Origin: Octopus sinensis
Lineage: Eukaryota
Reading direction: 5' to 3'
DNA: 64,000 nucleotides
Assembly (NCBI RefSeq): GCF_006345805.1
Contig: NC_042998.1
Span: forward strand, 95,914,001 to 95,978,000
In this document: positions 1-11,185 of the stretch, one piece after another
Layout: each line of letters starts with the position of its first letter
Numbering within the stretch: position 1 is the first letter of the stretch
Program-made: the position numbers and the translations under genes
Notes under the pieces: generated by a model
Told to the model about the DNA's origin: nothing
The model's database searches: none
Seen by the model: the letters and a program-made list of their open reading frames with translations, nothing else

Positions 1-495
1 CTAAATCTTTGAGCACATGAAGGGTTTTTAAGCTTCCCAATCTTTCTTTTCTAGATTGGTCTGCTTCTTGGCATTCTTCTGGCCTGGAGTCTAAAATCAC
101 TAATGACTAGTCTATGCTGGGGGATACATTCTTCACCAGGGAGGGTCTTTGTATTTAAGAGCAACCATGCATCCCACTGCCTGGTGAGAATGTAATCGAT
201 CTGGCTAGAATAGTCACCTGATTGGTAGATTATCAGGTGGCTAGTCGTCTTCCTGAAGTTGATGTTGCAGATCAATAGGTTATTTACATTACAGAACTCC
301 AGTAGCTTTGTTCCCTCTTCATTTCCGGAACCAATTCCGTACATGGCCCTCATGTACACCATAGAAAATACTGAGCTGCCGTCTGACATGCCCATTGAAT
401 TCCCCAGCCATGAAGATGAGATCCTTGTTATTCGTCTTCGAGGTAGCCTGAATAAGAATATCATAAAAATGAACTTTGCTATTCTGCAAGACTAG
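1..495 (-). mobile_element. RTE-clade LINE fragment, AP-endonuclease domain (frameshifted)
   Basis: ORFs 319..510 (FYDILIQATSK..MAGEFNGHV) and 51..464 (NEEGTKLLEFC..SQIDYIL..QHRLVISD) are EEP endonuclease motifs; same family as 3329-4160. Confidence 0.88.
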
Positions 496-519
496 CACTC
501 TATCACTCATATATATTCA

Positions 520-792
520 TATCTTTTTATGCGCCCTTTTCAAGCCTAGCCAGGCTCATGGGCCCGGTTTCCCGGTTACTATGGCGTATATGTTCCCCCC
601 AGCTGGACGGGACGCTAGTCCATCGCAGCGTTACTCAAGAAACAGGAAGAAAGAGTGAGAGAAAGTTGGGGCGAAAGAATATAACAGGTTTCGCCACCAC
701 CCCCTGCCGGAGCCTCGTGGAGCTTTAGGTGTTTTCTCTCAATAAACACACACAACGCCCAGTCTGGGAATCGAAACCGCGATTGCGCCTCC
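520..792 (-). mobile_element. SINE family B (tRNA head, tail type 1)
   Basis: Reverse-complement match to 5339-5617 and 27604-27903. Confidence 0.85.
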
Positions 793-2318
793 ACGTATAG
801 ACATATATGTGTGTGAGAACATTTTGAACATTTTGTAGTGTCCAAAAAGTTAGATTTGTAATAAAGATTCTTTATATCAAAGAAGTAGCTTGCAATTGCA
901 AGTATTTAGAATATGAAAATATAACAAGTAAAAAATGTGACATGAGCACTTACAGGATTTAATCCTATATAAACTATATAAACTCAGCTAACAGTTAAAA
1001 AATGGAGAAGAGAAGATGTTAAAAGCTTTTATAAAGTTTTAATCCATGCATACGATCGTTTCAAATGATAATACCAACATGTAAGAAACATGGAAAAATT
1101 AAATTAATTATAATAATAATCAAATTGATTTAATTACGTATTACCATTCTCCTCAGTGCAAAAGATAAAGCTAACATCAAAAAAGGTATTAACAAAAGAA
1201 TATTACAATGAAACTACAGAGAGCCTGTGTCGGATAAACTCGATCGGATATTCATAAAAAGATTGTGAAAGAGGGAAAAAGAGATATAGGAACATATTTA
1301 TGTAGTGTTGAGTCTATCTTTGTAAGAACTAGAACTGTTTTGGCCAATTGATATTTTTAAATATATATATTCTTTTGCTTGTTTCAGTCATTTGACTGTG
1401 GCCATACTAGAGCACCACTTTTTCAGTCAAAGAAATCAACCCCAGGACTTATTCTTTGTGAGCTAGGCAATATATGTATTACAAAAAATATATGTATGGG
1501 CCATTGGTGAATATAACAAGTAATCAAGTGTGGAACATCAGGAAAAGTTGTTACTGACTGTAGATTTATTGTGTTGTATAACAAAGAATAGTTGGCATGA
1601 ATAAGTGACCAGATGTTAAGGCGGCAACCACTTGAAACTTGTTGAAACAAAGGCAGGCATCAAAAGCAGGAAGCAAGTGGAGTGTCTCACAAACTGAAGA
1701 AGGGGCGGGTTGTCTGCATGTGGTTTGTTTAGATCAGAATTGCTGGACAAAAGCACCATTGGATCAATGTTTCTAGGAAAGTAATTACTGGCACTTGTAT
1801 TTCTGTTAGAATGATAAGGGATTGTCTGTGTCTCAGTGAAGAACAAATACAACAGAGGAATTTTATTTGAAAACACTGCATTTATTTTCCCTTGCTTTTG
1901 TTTTGACCTATATATATATATGAGTGCATGTGTATGTGTACGTGTGTGTGAAGGAGGGGCATTGGAGGAGGTGGCCTTGTGCCTGATGAGAGGTTAGAGT
2001 GTGACAGAAGGATAAAAACAGGATTTTGCTGTAGAGGAGACACGTGGTTAACCACTCAGAGGGTGAGAGGGAGAGAAAGAATGAGGACAAAAACAGGTGT
2101 GTTGGTACTTCATATATATTATATATATATATATATATATATGTGTATATATATATATATATGAATTATTTATTCATATATATATATATATATATATATA
2201 TGAATTATTATTTATTCACATACACACACACATATTTATATAAATAAGGATAAGATTGATATTTAAATACCGATCTTATCAGGTGGCCAACATGGGAATA
2301 AAAACCTTTCAAAGCTAA

Positions 2319-2552
2319 TAATTATTTAAAATTGTAATTTAGGGTATCTAAGAGATATCTCCACGCTGGAAATAGTAGTCAAAACTTGACTCTAAAACCA
2401 CATTAAATGTTCATATAGCACCAGGAGAGAAGACAAAGACACAAAATAAACTAGCAAAAAAATTACTGGATAATTCCAGATCCCGGATTTCTGGCTTTGC
2501 ATAAGAAATGCTCTGCCTTCATCAGTGGAATATACTCAGATATCACATAAAT

Positions 2553-2606
<54 letters not shown>

Positions 2607-2791
2607 CATACGATATACTTACATATACGAATGTATATACATATATATGCACGTATGCACACGTATTTTGTCTTTGTCTTCTCTCCTGGTGCTATATGAA
2701 CATTTAATGTGGTTTTAGAGTCAAGTTTGGACTGCTATTTCCAACGTAGAGGTATCTCTTAGATACTCTAAATTATAATTTTAAATAATTA
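2319..2791. repeat. Inverted repeat, ~128-bp arms (2319-2448 / 2664-2791), ~215-bp spacer
   Basis: 7 substitutions plus one 2-nt indel by eye; the spacer contains a hammerhead motif and (TA)n. Confidence 0.92.
2473..2531 (-). ncRNA. Type I hammerhead ribozyme candidate
   Basis: RNA: AUUCCA CUGAUGA A GGC AGA GCAU UUCUU AUGC AAA GCC A GAAA UCCGGGA UC|UGGAAU. Complete core, 6-bp stem I, extended stem II, short stem III, AUC cleavage triplet; A.A instead of a pair at the base of stem II. Confidence 0.75.
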
Positions 2792-3060
2792 TATATATAT
2801 ATATATATAGGAGCATTATCACATGGTTTTTTCTCAGACTTTCATGTTGCACGCTTCACTGTTGTTGTTGATGTTATTGACACTTGCTATATGCACAACT
2901 AAGCTAAAAAAAATTCTCTTGTTTTAATCCTTTCAGTCATTCATCTAATCCGTAATACTAACAAGTATTATTATTCCCTAAAACATTAGTTTTCTCTCTG
3001 TTTCATAATGTTTTTGTGATTGCTCTCTAGTAAAAAGGACCATTGTTTGACCGTGATGCG

Positions 3061-4160
3061 CCCACCCAATCCCACTCCGCCACCTATACTGATCCCACCC
3101 AATCCCATCCCCACCCCCTATACCGCTCCCACCTAATCCCAACCCCACCACCTATACTGGAAATCTATCCTCAGTACTGAAAACCACTACAGGACTCTGC
3201 CTCGCTTCTGTACCTGAAGACTTGCTTATCTTTGTCCCTCCTTCCGCACCACCAACGATCGCTCACACTACTGCATGCACCAAAAGGTGATATGTTACTT
3301 AGGCTAAAGTGAGAACAACTGATGTAACATGTCTGTTATCAATGAAACCTTTTCAGGTGCCGAATACCATCTCTCTTTCCCAGTTTTCAGAGTTGTCACT
3401 GTCAATATAGGCACATTGAAAGGTAGGCCTAGTGAGATTGTTGAGAGGCTTGAACAGAGGCATATCGATGTATGGTGCATACAAGAGGTAAGATGGAGAG
3501 GAGCTTCAGCCAGGTTTCTCACAGGCAAGACACATAGGTATAAAATTTTCTGGGAAGGTAACAATGATGGGGTAGGTTGTGTAGGCATACTTCTTGTTGA
3601 GAAATGGGTGGATAATATCATATAGGTAGTCAAGGTGGATAGTCTTGTAGAATATCATAATGACAGTTATATCTACCTATACCCCACAAGTAAGCTTACC
3701 AAATGAACAGAAGGACCACCATTATGATATTCTTCTGCAGGCTACCTCAAAGATGTTAGTGATTTTAGACTCCAAGCCAGAAGGTTGCCAAGAAGCAGAC
3801 CAATCTGGAAAAGAAGGATTTAGAAGTTTAAGGACTCTTCATATGGTCAGAGATTTAGAGATATCCTAATTGAGAAATTTGATGAGATGGAGGAGGAACT
3901 ACAGACTTGTGACATAGAGGGAAACTTGAAATTCCTGCGGTACAACCAGCTGAATGCTACAGACCAAATCTGCAGCTGGTGCAAAGTCCCACCCAAACCT
4001 AGGGTAACGTGGTGGTGAAACAATGCGGTAGACAAGAGCATTAGAGCAAAAAAGCAGGCCTGGAAGAGTGGAGGTAGCAGGGAACTGTATCAGATTGCCA
4101 GAAGGGAAGCTAGGAGCCAAGGGAGAAACAGAAAAGAAGTTTACTTATGTTCAGCAACGT
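3061..4160 (+). mobile_element. RTE-clade LINE 5' fragment (C-rich leader, endonuclease, internal deletion)
   Basis: ORF 3329..3625 VVTVNIGTLKGR..IDVWCIQEVRWRG..GVGCVGILL and ORF 3660..3869 TVISTYTPQV; about three 33-bp C-rich units at 3061-3160. Confidence 0.88.
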
Positions 4161-4394
4161 GAGGACCAAAAGACTGCAAGACAGTGTGTGAGCTGATGGT
4201 GGTGTCACATAAACACTGTTCGAGCATTGGGCCTAACGGAGACAAAGTGACTGAGTTCCTTTCGAGCATTGGGAATCACAGAGGAATAGTGGTTGGATAC
4301 GCAAACAAATATACAAAAATACGAAAATATGTACGCAAATACATGCTCACATATATAAAACTATACACACATATGCATACACATTATATATGTA

Positions 4395-4437
<43 letters not shown>

Positions 4438-5069
4438 TATATATATACGCATATATATATGCACACACACATACATGCATTTATATACATATACATACCT
4501 ACAATACATACATACACATAAATATATAGAGACAAATCTACATCATAACGTATATATGAAAACAATTTAAGAAAAAAAAAAAACTGTTCGGTGTGTATAA
4601 TATTAAAATGTAAAATAAGGAAATTGTACATTAATTTGATGCAACATAATTAAATACGCGAGTAAAAATAGAAATAAAAATTAAAATAATAAAAATATAC
4701 CTCGGCGAAGCTTAAGCTTAAAATTGAATTTATAAAACAGTCGAGAGACTTCTTAAAAATGAAGTCGAAATATACATTAGTGTTGAGATGCAAAATAACT
4801 ATACCGTGTAAAGTCAAATTCAAATGCGACAGTAAAAGTCAAATTCAAATGCGAAAGTAAAAACATTTTACCCGTACGGGTAAAATGTTTTATAAATTTA
4901 ATTTTAAGCTTAAGCTTCGCCGAGGTTTATTTTTATTTTTACTCACGTATTTAATTACGTTACATCAAATTAATGTACAATTTCCTTATATTTCCTTTTC
5001 TTTAATATTATACACACCGAAAAGTTTTTTAAAATTGTTATGCGTTATGATGTAAATATGTCTCTATAT

Positions 5070-5300
5070 GTTTCTTTATTACCCACAAGGGGCTAAACAT
5101 AGAGGGGGCAAACAAGGACAGACAAACGAATTATGTCGATTACATCGACCCCAGTGCGTAACTGGTACTTAATTTATCGACCCCGAAAGGATGAAAGGCA
5201 AAGTCGACCTCGGCGGAATTTGAATTCAGAACGTAACGGCAAACGAAATACGGCTACGCATTTCGCCCGGCGTGCTAACGGTTCTGTCAGCTTGCCGCTT
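5070..5300 (-). mobile_element. SINE family D, CpG-rich young copy
   Basis: tRNA-like head (GCAAGCTGACAGAACCGTTAGC..GAATTCAAATTCC); 13-bp TSD tatgtctctatat (5057-5069 / 5301-5313). Confidence 0.9.
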
Positions 5301-5338
5301 TATGTCTCTATATATTTATGTGCATGTATTGTAGGCTT

Positions 5339-5617
5339 GGAGGCGCAATGGTTAGGGCAGCGGACTAGCGGTCGATTCCCATACGGGGCCTTGTGTGTTT
5401 ATTGAGCGAAAACACCTAAAAGTTCAACAAAGCTCCTGCAGAGGGTGGTGGCGACCCCCGTTGTACTCTTTCGCCACAGCTTTCTTTTACTCTCTCTTCC
5501 TGTTTCTTGAGTAACACTGCAATGGACTGGCGTCCCGTCCAGCTGGCGGGAACATATACGCCACAGAAACCTGGAAACCGGGCCCTTGAGCCTGGCTAGG
5601 CTTGAAAAGAGCGACGT
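5339..5617 (+). mobile_element. SINE family B (tail type 1)
   Basis: GGAGGCGCAATGG head with part of the tRNA region deleted; 12-bp TSD atgtattgtagg (5324-5335 / 5618-5629). Confidence 0.9.
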
Positions 5618-5645
5618 ATGTATTGTAGGTATGTATATGTATGTA

Positions 5646-5698
<53 letters not shown>

Positions 5699-5788
5699 AG
5701 AATTTACGAAAAAAACAACAAAAGACGAAGACAGGTGGTGTACAAAACAAACAGATGTATTAGTATAACGCTCAGGAATAGAAAAAGT

Positions 5789-5824
5789 CTTTTACGTTTC
5801 GAGCCTACGCTCTTCTACAGAAAG
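5789..5824 (-). ncRNA. Minimal type I hammerhead-like motif inside a PLE-type tail (about 5695-5878)
   Basis: CUUU CUGUAGA A GAGC GUAG GCUC GAAA CGUA|AAAG; the core has U at the conserved A6 position. Confidence 0.55.
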
Positions 5825-6279
5825 GGACACAGAAAACAAGGAGAGAAAAAAATGTGTGTAGTGGCTAACGAACTATCATATGCATATATATATATGCATA
5901 CATATATGAATGCGTGTGTACTTTTATATATGTGAGCATGTATTTGTGTACATATTTTTGTATATTTGTTTGCGTATATATATATGTGTATATTTGTATG
6001 CATATTTATATTTATGTAGATATACATGTAGTTTCATGTGTTCGTTGTGCAAGCTACATGAAATATTCAAACGTTGTTGGTTACTTTCGAGCATCATAAT
6101 GTAGCATCTCTGCCCCTATCTATATTTCTCCTTTCTCTCGCTAGCTCTCTGTTTCTCTTTCTTTTCTTTTTCTCCACTGTTTTCTTTCTCCTCCCCATAC
6201 TTAATATTTTCTGATTTTTCCTTCTGTTCCTTTCGCCTGTAACAACTGACTTGTGTAAGAATACGTCAGGAGATTTTCT

Positions 6280-6319
<40 letters not shown>

Positions 6320-6324
6320 TTACG

Positions 6325-6531
6325 GAGATGTACTTGCATAGCAAGTGACTTGATCTGAGATCGTGTGCTGGAACGAAAACAATTGCAGCGTGGATTTTTG
6401 TCAGTGAACAGGTCGCGGTCTTATAGCGACGAAAATATTTTGACAAATTAAACTTAAATGTTGAAGTGAATCGAACGGCTTTTGTATGTTTCTTAAATGG
6501 CTTACAAACACCTTCCACGCTGCAATTGTTT
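6325..6531. mobile_element. Internally inverted copy of a PLE-like repeat (same family as 53820-54149 and about 46420-46560)
   Basis: Forward 5' part, then the inverted remainder, with the 18-bp aaacaattgcagcgtgga duplicated in inverted form (6377-6394 / 6514-6531). Assignment to PLE is inference. Confidence 0.7.
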
Positions 6532-7108
6532 ATATATATGCTTGTGTATATATATTTATGTTTGTATATGTATGTAGCTATGTACATGCATCGGTATGTT
6601 TTAGTGTATACATGTATATTACAGATGTCTTGGTATGTACATATACTGCTAAATGTATATGTAATCCAACATGAAAATTTTTTTAAACGGATATAAGTTT
6701 TAATGTATTAATTGATTAATATTTTACAAATAATTAGAACCTGTCCTTCGTTATAAGCTACTTTTGATTTAAGATTTCTTCGATTTTATACTGAAATTTG
6801 TTCATTGCATGCAACAGGTCATTGCAAAGACCGTTAGTTGAAAGGACCAATGAAACAAAAACATTTTCAAATGTGTATCCATTAAACTGTATATGTTTGC
6901 TTATAACCTTATTTTTGTTCCATCCTAAACAAAACTGTTCGACGAACGTGAACGTGAAACTCTGAGTAACAGCTTTTGTTATACTTTCGCTGCTTTTTAA
7001 TTAAGCATATTACTCTATCTCTGGTATTTGAGTATTATTTTTTCCACCTTGTTTCGCATTTATGTGCTTACTCTGATGTATATATATATATATATATATA
7101 TGCATACA

Positions 7109-8014
7109 CTAGCAATGCACCCCGGCGTTGCCCGGGTGTTATGACCTACAACCACATTGTATTATTCCTTTCTTATGGGCAGAAACGGCACACAAGGAGC
7201 ATGAAGCAAATAACTCTTCTTTATAAACATGTTTTCCAGTTGTTTCATGATGAACAACACTGCAGTTTCCGCCCAAGTTTCCATGCCGAGGGACTGAACG
7301 TGGAACCATGTTTTTTGGGTAAGCAAACTTCTCAACCACAGTTATTCTTGCACCTAATTCGTGTGTGTGTGTGTTTACATTTGTTGTTAAATCAAGTATT
7401 TTTTCCCACTATGTCTCAAAGTTAGCAGTTCATCAAGCAGAGATCCATAGAATGAATGCCAGATTGAAATACGTACTGTGGTCAGTATTATCAATTAAAT
7501 TTTTGTAGGTGATACCCCATCATAGCGACAGTTGAAAGACTAAATCCAGTAAAAGACTTAATGGCTTCAAACTTAAGATACTGGATTACTAACAAGATAA
7601 TGAGTTCAATACTTCGTATTGAACTTCCATTCTATACGGTAACACTATATTTACATGACAATCTACTTGATTTTCAACAATTAAGAATTGTAATTTTAAG
7701 TTGAATGGTTAGAAGTAAGAAAGATGTCCAGATTTCTTTAAAAATTATTGTGCAAAACATTCCGAGAAAAAGAATTTTTTCACAAAACACACACGGAGTT
7801 GCCTCCCTTAGCTAAAGACTTCAAAATTGTTCAACCCGACATCTTTTTCTAGGTTATTTTTTTTAGTAAAATAGAATTGTGCAAAAAAATACTTTATTTG
7901 GTAGCCGTAAGATTACTGAATCTTTTGATACCTCATACATCAAAATCGGCAACTCAGTTTTCGAATCCATAAGGAACATACGCATGCACACAAACTTTGT
8001 TTTATTATATAAGA
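7109..8014 (-). mobile_element. Non-autonomous Helitron carrying a SINE-A head
   Basis: A|TC 5' end (8014), CCCGG-n6-CCGGG hairpin, CTAG|T 3' end (7109); homologous to 30955-32293. Confidence 0.82.
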
Positions 8015-8204
8015 TATACATATATAAAACTGCAGAGGGCATGAAATAGATCCAACAGAAACATACCCTGGCAGCAGATGACACCAGGTAGCCCAAACTC
8101 TGCCAGTGCTCTACTCAACACACTAATCGACAGATACCCATTAGTCCAAAATATCAAATACATATGTGTGTGTGTGTGTATGTATGTATGTATATATATA
8201 TGTG

Positions 8205-8456
8205 TATATATCGTGGTTTCGATTCCCAGACCGGGCGTTGTGAGTGTTTATTGAGCGAAAACACTTAAAGCTCCACGAGGCTCCGGCAGGTGGGTGGTGG
8301 CGTTCCCTGCTGTACTCTTTCACCACAACTTTCTCTCATTCTTTCTTCTGTTGGCCTGCTCGCTTAGCCAGCGGGATGACGTCATTGCGAAACGCATTGT
8401 GACCAGCGATGTGTAGCAACATCTGATAGCCTGGTCGGTCGCGGTGATCACGGTGA
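8205..8456 (+). mobile_element. SINE family B, 5'-truncated, tail type 2
   Basis: Body matches 5339-5500; tail matches the reverse complement of 57497-57610. Confidence 0.82.
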
Positions 8457-8504
8457 TACACACACACACACACACACATATATACATATATATATATAAT
8501 CATC

Positions 8505-8800
8505 ATCATTTAACATCCGTTTTCTATGCTGGTATGGATCGGACGGTTTGACAGGGACTGGCCAGACAGAAGACTATACCAGGGTTCACTGTCTGCTTTG
8601 GCAGGGTTTTTACGGCTGAATGTACTTCCTAACACCATCCACCTTATAGAGTGAACTGAGTCCTTTTTTTTTTTGCAGCATCAGCTCTGATGAGGCCTGT
8701 TTTGGCATGGTTTTTACAACTGGATGCCCTTCCAAAAACCAACCACTTTACAGTGTGGACTTGATGGGTCACCAAATAACTTTCAAGCCAAAAATTCTTC
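8505..8800 (-). mobile_element. SINE/LINE-tail family C fragment
   Basis: (CAT)n end followed by the reverse complement of the C tail seen at 21460-21625 and 45240-45410. Confidence 0.7.
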
Positions 8801-8940
8801 GAGATGGTGTTGGTGGTGGCCTTGTGCCAGGTGATGAGAAGCTAATGTGTGACAGAGGGAAAGAAACATGTCTTGCTGTAGAGGAGATACAGGGTTACCC
8901 AGTTAGAGAATTAGAGCAAAAGAGAGAGAGAGAGAGGGGG

Positions 8941-9112
8941 GAGAGGGTGGAGAGAGAGAGAGAGAGGGACGGATGGACGGACAGACACAGACAGAATGAG
9001 GATAGAAATAGATGTGTTGCTCTCTTACCTCTGATTAGTTACCCAGTCAGAAGGAGAGAGCAAGAGCAAGAGAGTGAGAGAGAGTGATCACGAATGAGAT
9101 AGATAGATAGAT

Positions 9113-9161
<49 letters not shown>

Positions 9162-9375
9162 AGAGGGGGGGGGAGAGGGTGGAGAGAGAGAGAGAGGGAC
9201 GGATGGACGGACAGACACAGACAGAATGAGGATAGAAATAGATGTGTTGCTCTCTTACCTCTGATTAGTTACCCAGTCAGAAGGAGAGAGCAAGAGCAAG
9301 AGAGTGAGAGAGAGTGATCACGAATGAGATAGATAGATAGATAGATAGAGAAAGAGAGAGAGAGAGAGAGAGAGA
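8941..9375 (+). repeat. ~230-bp tandem duplication bounded by (GA)n tracts
   Basis: The unique core (gagggacggatgg..gatcacgaatgagatag) is identical at offset 230 (e.g. 9001 and 9231). Confidence 0.92.
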
Positions 9376-10154
9376 GGAAGAGGGCGAGAGAAAGAGAGCG
9401 AGAGATAGAGAGTGGAAGAGAGCGAGAGAGAGAGATAATGGAGAAGTGCCAGGGCATACCCTCAAGATATGGGGATCATAATATAAATAGGAGGGTAGAG
9501 TATGGCCAAAGGTGCATGAGTAGGGAGTAGGGACTTCACATGAATGCAAAAAGTGTGTGTGGGGACGCAGGGAATGGAGTGACTGGTGAAATGTGGGCAT
9601 ATAGAAGAGGTGGGGGACAGCAGGAGAGCAATGATACAGTGAGCAGGGCAGTGAGGACAAGATTGGGAAGCAAGAGATAAGCATAGTGCATGATGAGGAA
9701 ATGTGAGGATGAGAAGAGGAAATGTAGTTTGGTTTGTTGGGGGAGGGTATATTCATTTATTTGTTTCAGTCATTTAACTGTGGCCATGCTGGAGCACTGT
9801 CTTTAGTTGACCAAATCAATCACAGGACTTATTCTATCAGTCTCTTTTGCTGAAGTGCTAAGTTATGGGGCGTAAACACACCAACATCAGTTGTCAAGCG
9901 ATACACAAACATATACACACATGCACGCAGATACACAAACATATACACACATGCACGCACCCACCTCCCGCATATATATATACACACACAAAGTTAAGCA
10001 GAGTTAGTGGTTGGAATAATCATCTAAGGGATAACAGTATCCATTCTTAATATTAGTATCATTTACCTATGCCATCCCTGGGCATGGATATACATGCACA
10101 GTATGCTATAGGGTACAGGTAACAACAGAATAAACAAAAGTTTATCATGAATCA

Positions 10155-10337
10155 AATTTAAATAAGCAGAGAAGGGAGAAAACTTTTGATCAACAAACAA
10201 ACAAATTGACCAACATCAGTTGATTATTCTTAAATAGAAAACATGTCATGTTTTGTATTAAAAAATAATCAACCGATATTGGTCAATTTGTTTGTTTGTA
10301 GATCAAAAGTTTTCTCCATTTTCTGCTTATTTGAATT
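10155..10337. repeat. Palindrome, 91-bp arms, 1-nt spacer
   Basis: 82/91 match between 10155-10245 and the reverse complement of 10247-10337; lies between two halves of a minus-strand SINE A (9760-9930, 10350-10510). Confidence 0.93.
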
Positions 10338-10569
10338 ATATATATGTATGTATACGATGGACTTCTTTCAGATTCTGTCTACTAAATCCATTCACAAAGC
10401 TTTGGTTGGCACGAGGAAATAATAGAAGACACTAGCCCTAAGTGCCATGCAGTGGAACTGAACCAAGAACCATGTGGTTGATAAGCAAGCTACTTACTAC
10501 ACAACCACCTTTGAATTTTTTTTTTTTTTTAGATATTTACACGTGGGTGAAACACACAGCACTCCCAGA

Positions 10570-11185
10570 ACTCAGTTTCACTGAAGTGGACAGGTCTTCT
10601 CAAGAGCAATATATCGCCAGACATCTCGGTCCATTGTCCTCACCACTTCATCACATCTCTTCCTCAGGTGTCATCCACTTGATCAGCACTTCTTTATATG
10701 GCTATCTACATCCATGCACATCACATGTTCAAACCAACATAGTTTCTTACATGCAGCATCTGATTCCTCTTATGCCCAACCTTTCTCTCAGTACATTTGC
10801 ACCTTCTTGTACATCCACACTGATGTTGCACATCCAGCAATGCATACTCACTTCATTTCTCTCTAATCTACACATATCTTATGCAGTCAGACCCCATGTC
10901 TCACTACCATGGCGTATAGCTGTTTATACACAAGCATCATACAATCTACCCTTCACTCTGAGAGAGTCTTTTTGTTGCCAACAGTGGTAATAGCTCTCCA
11001 AAGTTCCTCCACCCTATTCTTATTTTAGCAACAATACTTTCAGAATATCTACCATTGCTAATTTGGTCACCAAGATAACAGAAACTATCTACAATTTTAA
11101 GAGAGCCTCCAGGGCATTTGAGAGTCTAATTCCCATGTGTCCTATGTGGCTGTTATTCTTGCACATCTGCCACGCATTTTTAGGC
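10570..11185 (-). mobile_element. RTE LINE reverse-transcriptase C-terminal fragment (degenerate)
   Basis: Minus frame reads VKGRLYDACV*TAIRHGSETWGLTA*DMCRLERNE..LRERLGIRGIRC. Confidence 0.85.

Larger units (their letters stand above)
4297..5977. repeat. Long fold-back: left arm 4297-4739, right arm 4886-5977 interrupted by three insertions
   Basis: Core 45/47 match around cctcggcgaagcttaagctt. The arm match resumes after each insertion. A perfect 32-bp palindrome sits at 4860-4891. Confidence 0.88.

Noticed and set aside
1205-1260. Additional hammerhead-like remnants (also about 42290-42330 and 61435-61470)
   Set aside because: Two or more core positions and stem I are lost; not distinguishable from chance by eye.
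3061-3160. C-rich ~33-bp triplicate with i-motif/G4 potential
   Set aside because: It sits directly upstream of the RTE endonuclease fragment and is best explained as part of that element; there is no evidence of a separate function.
10442-10990. 182-aa plus-strand ORF
   Set aside because: Antisense shadow of a SINE head plus a degenerate RTE fragment.
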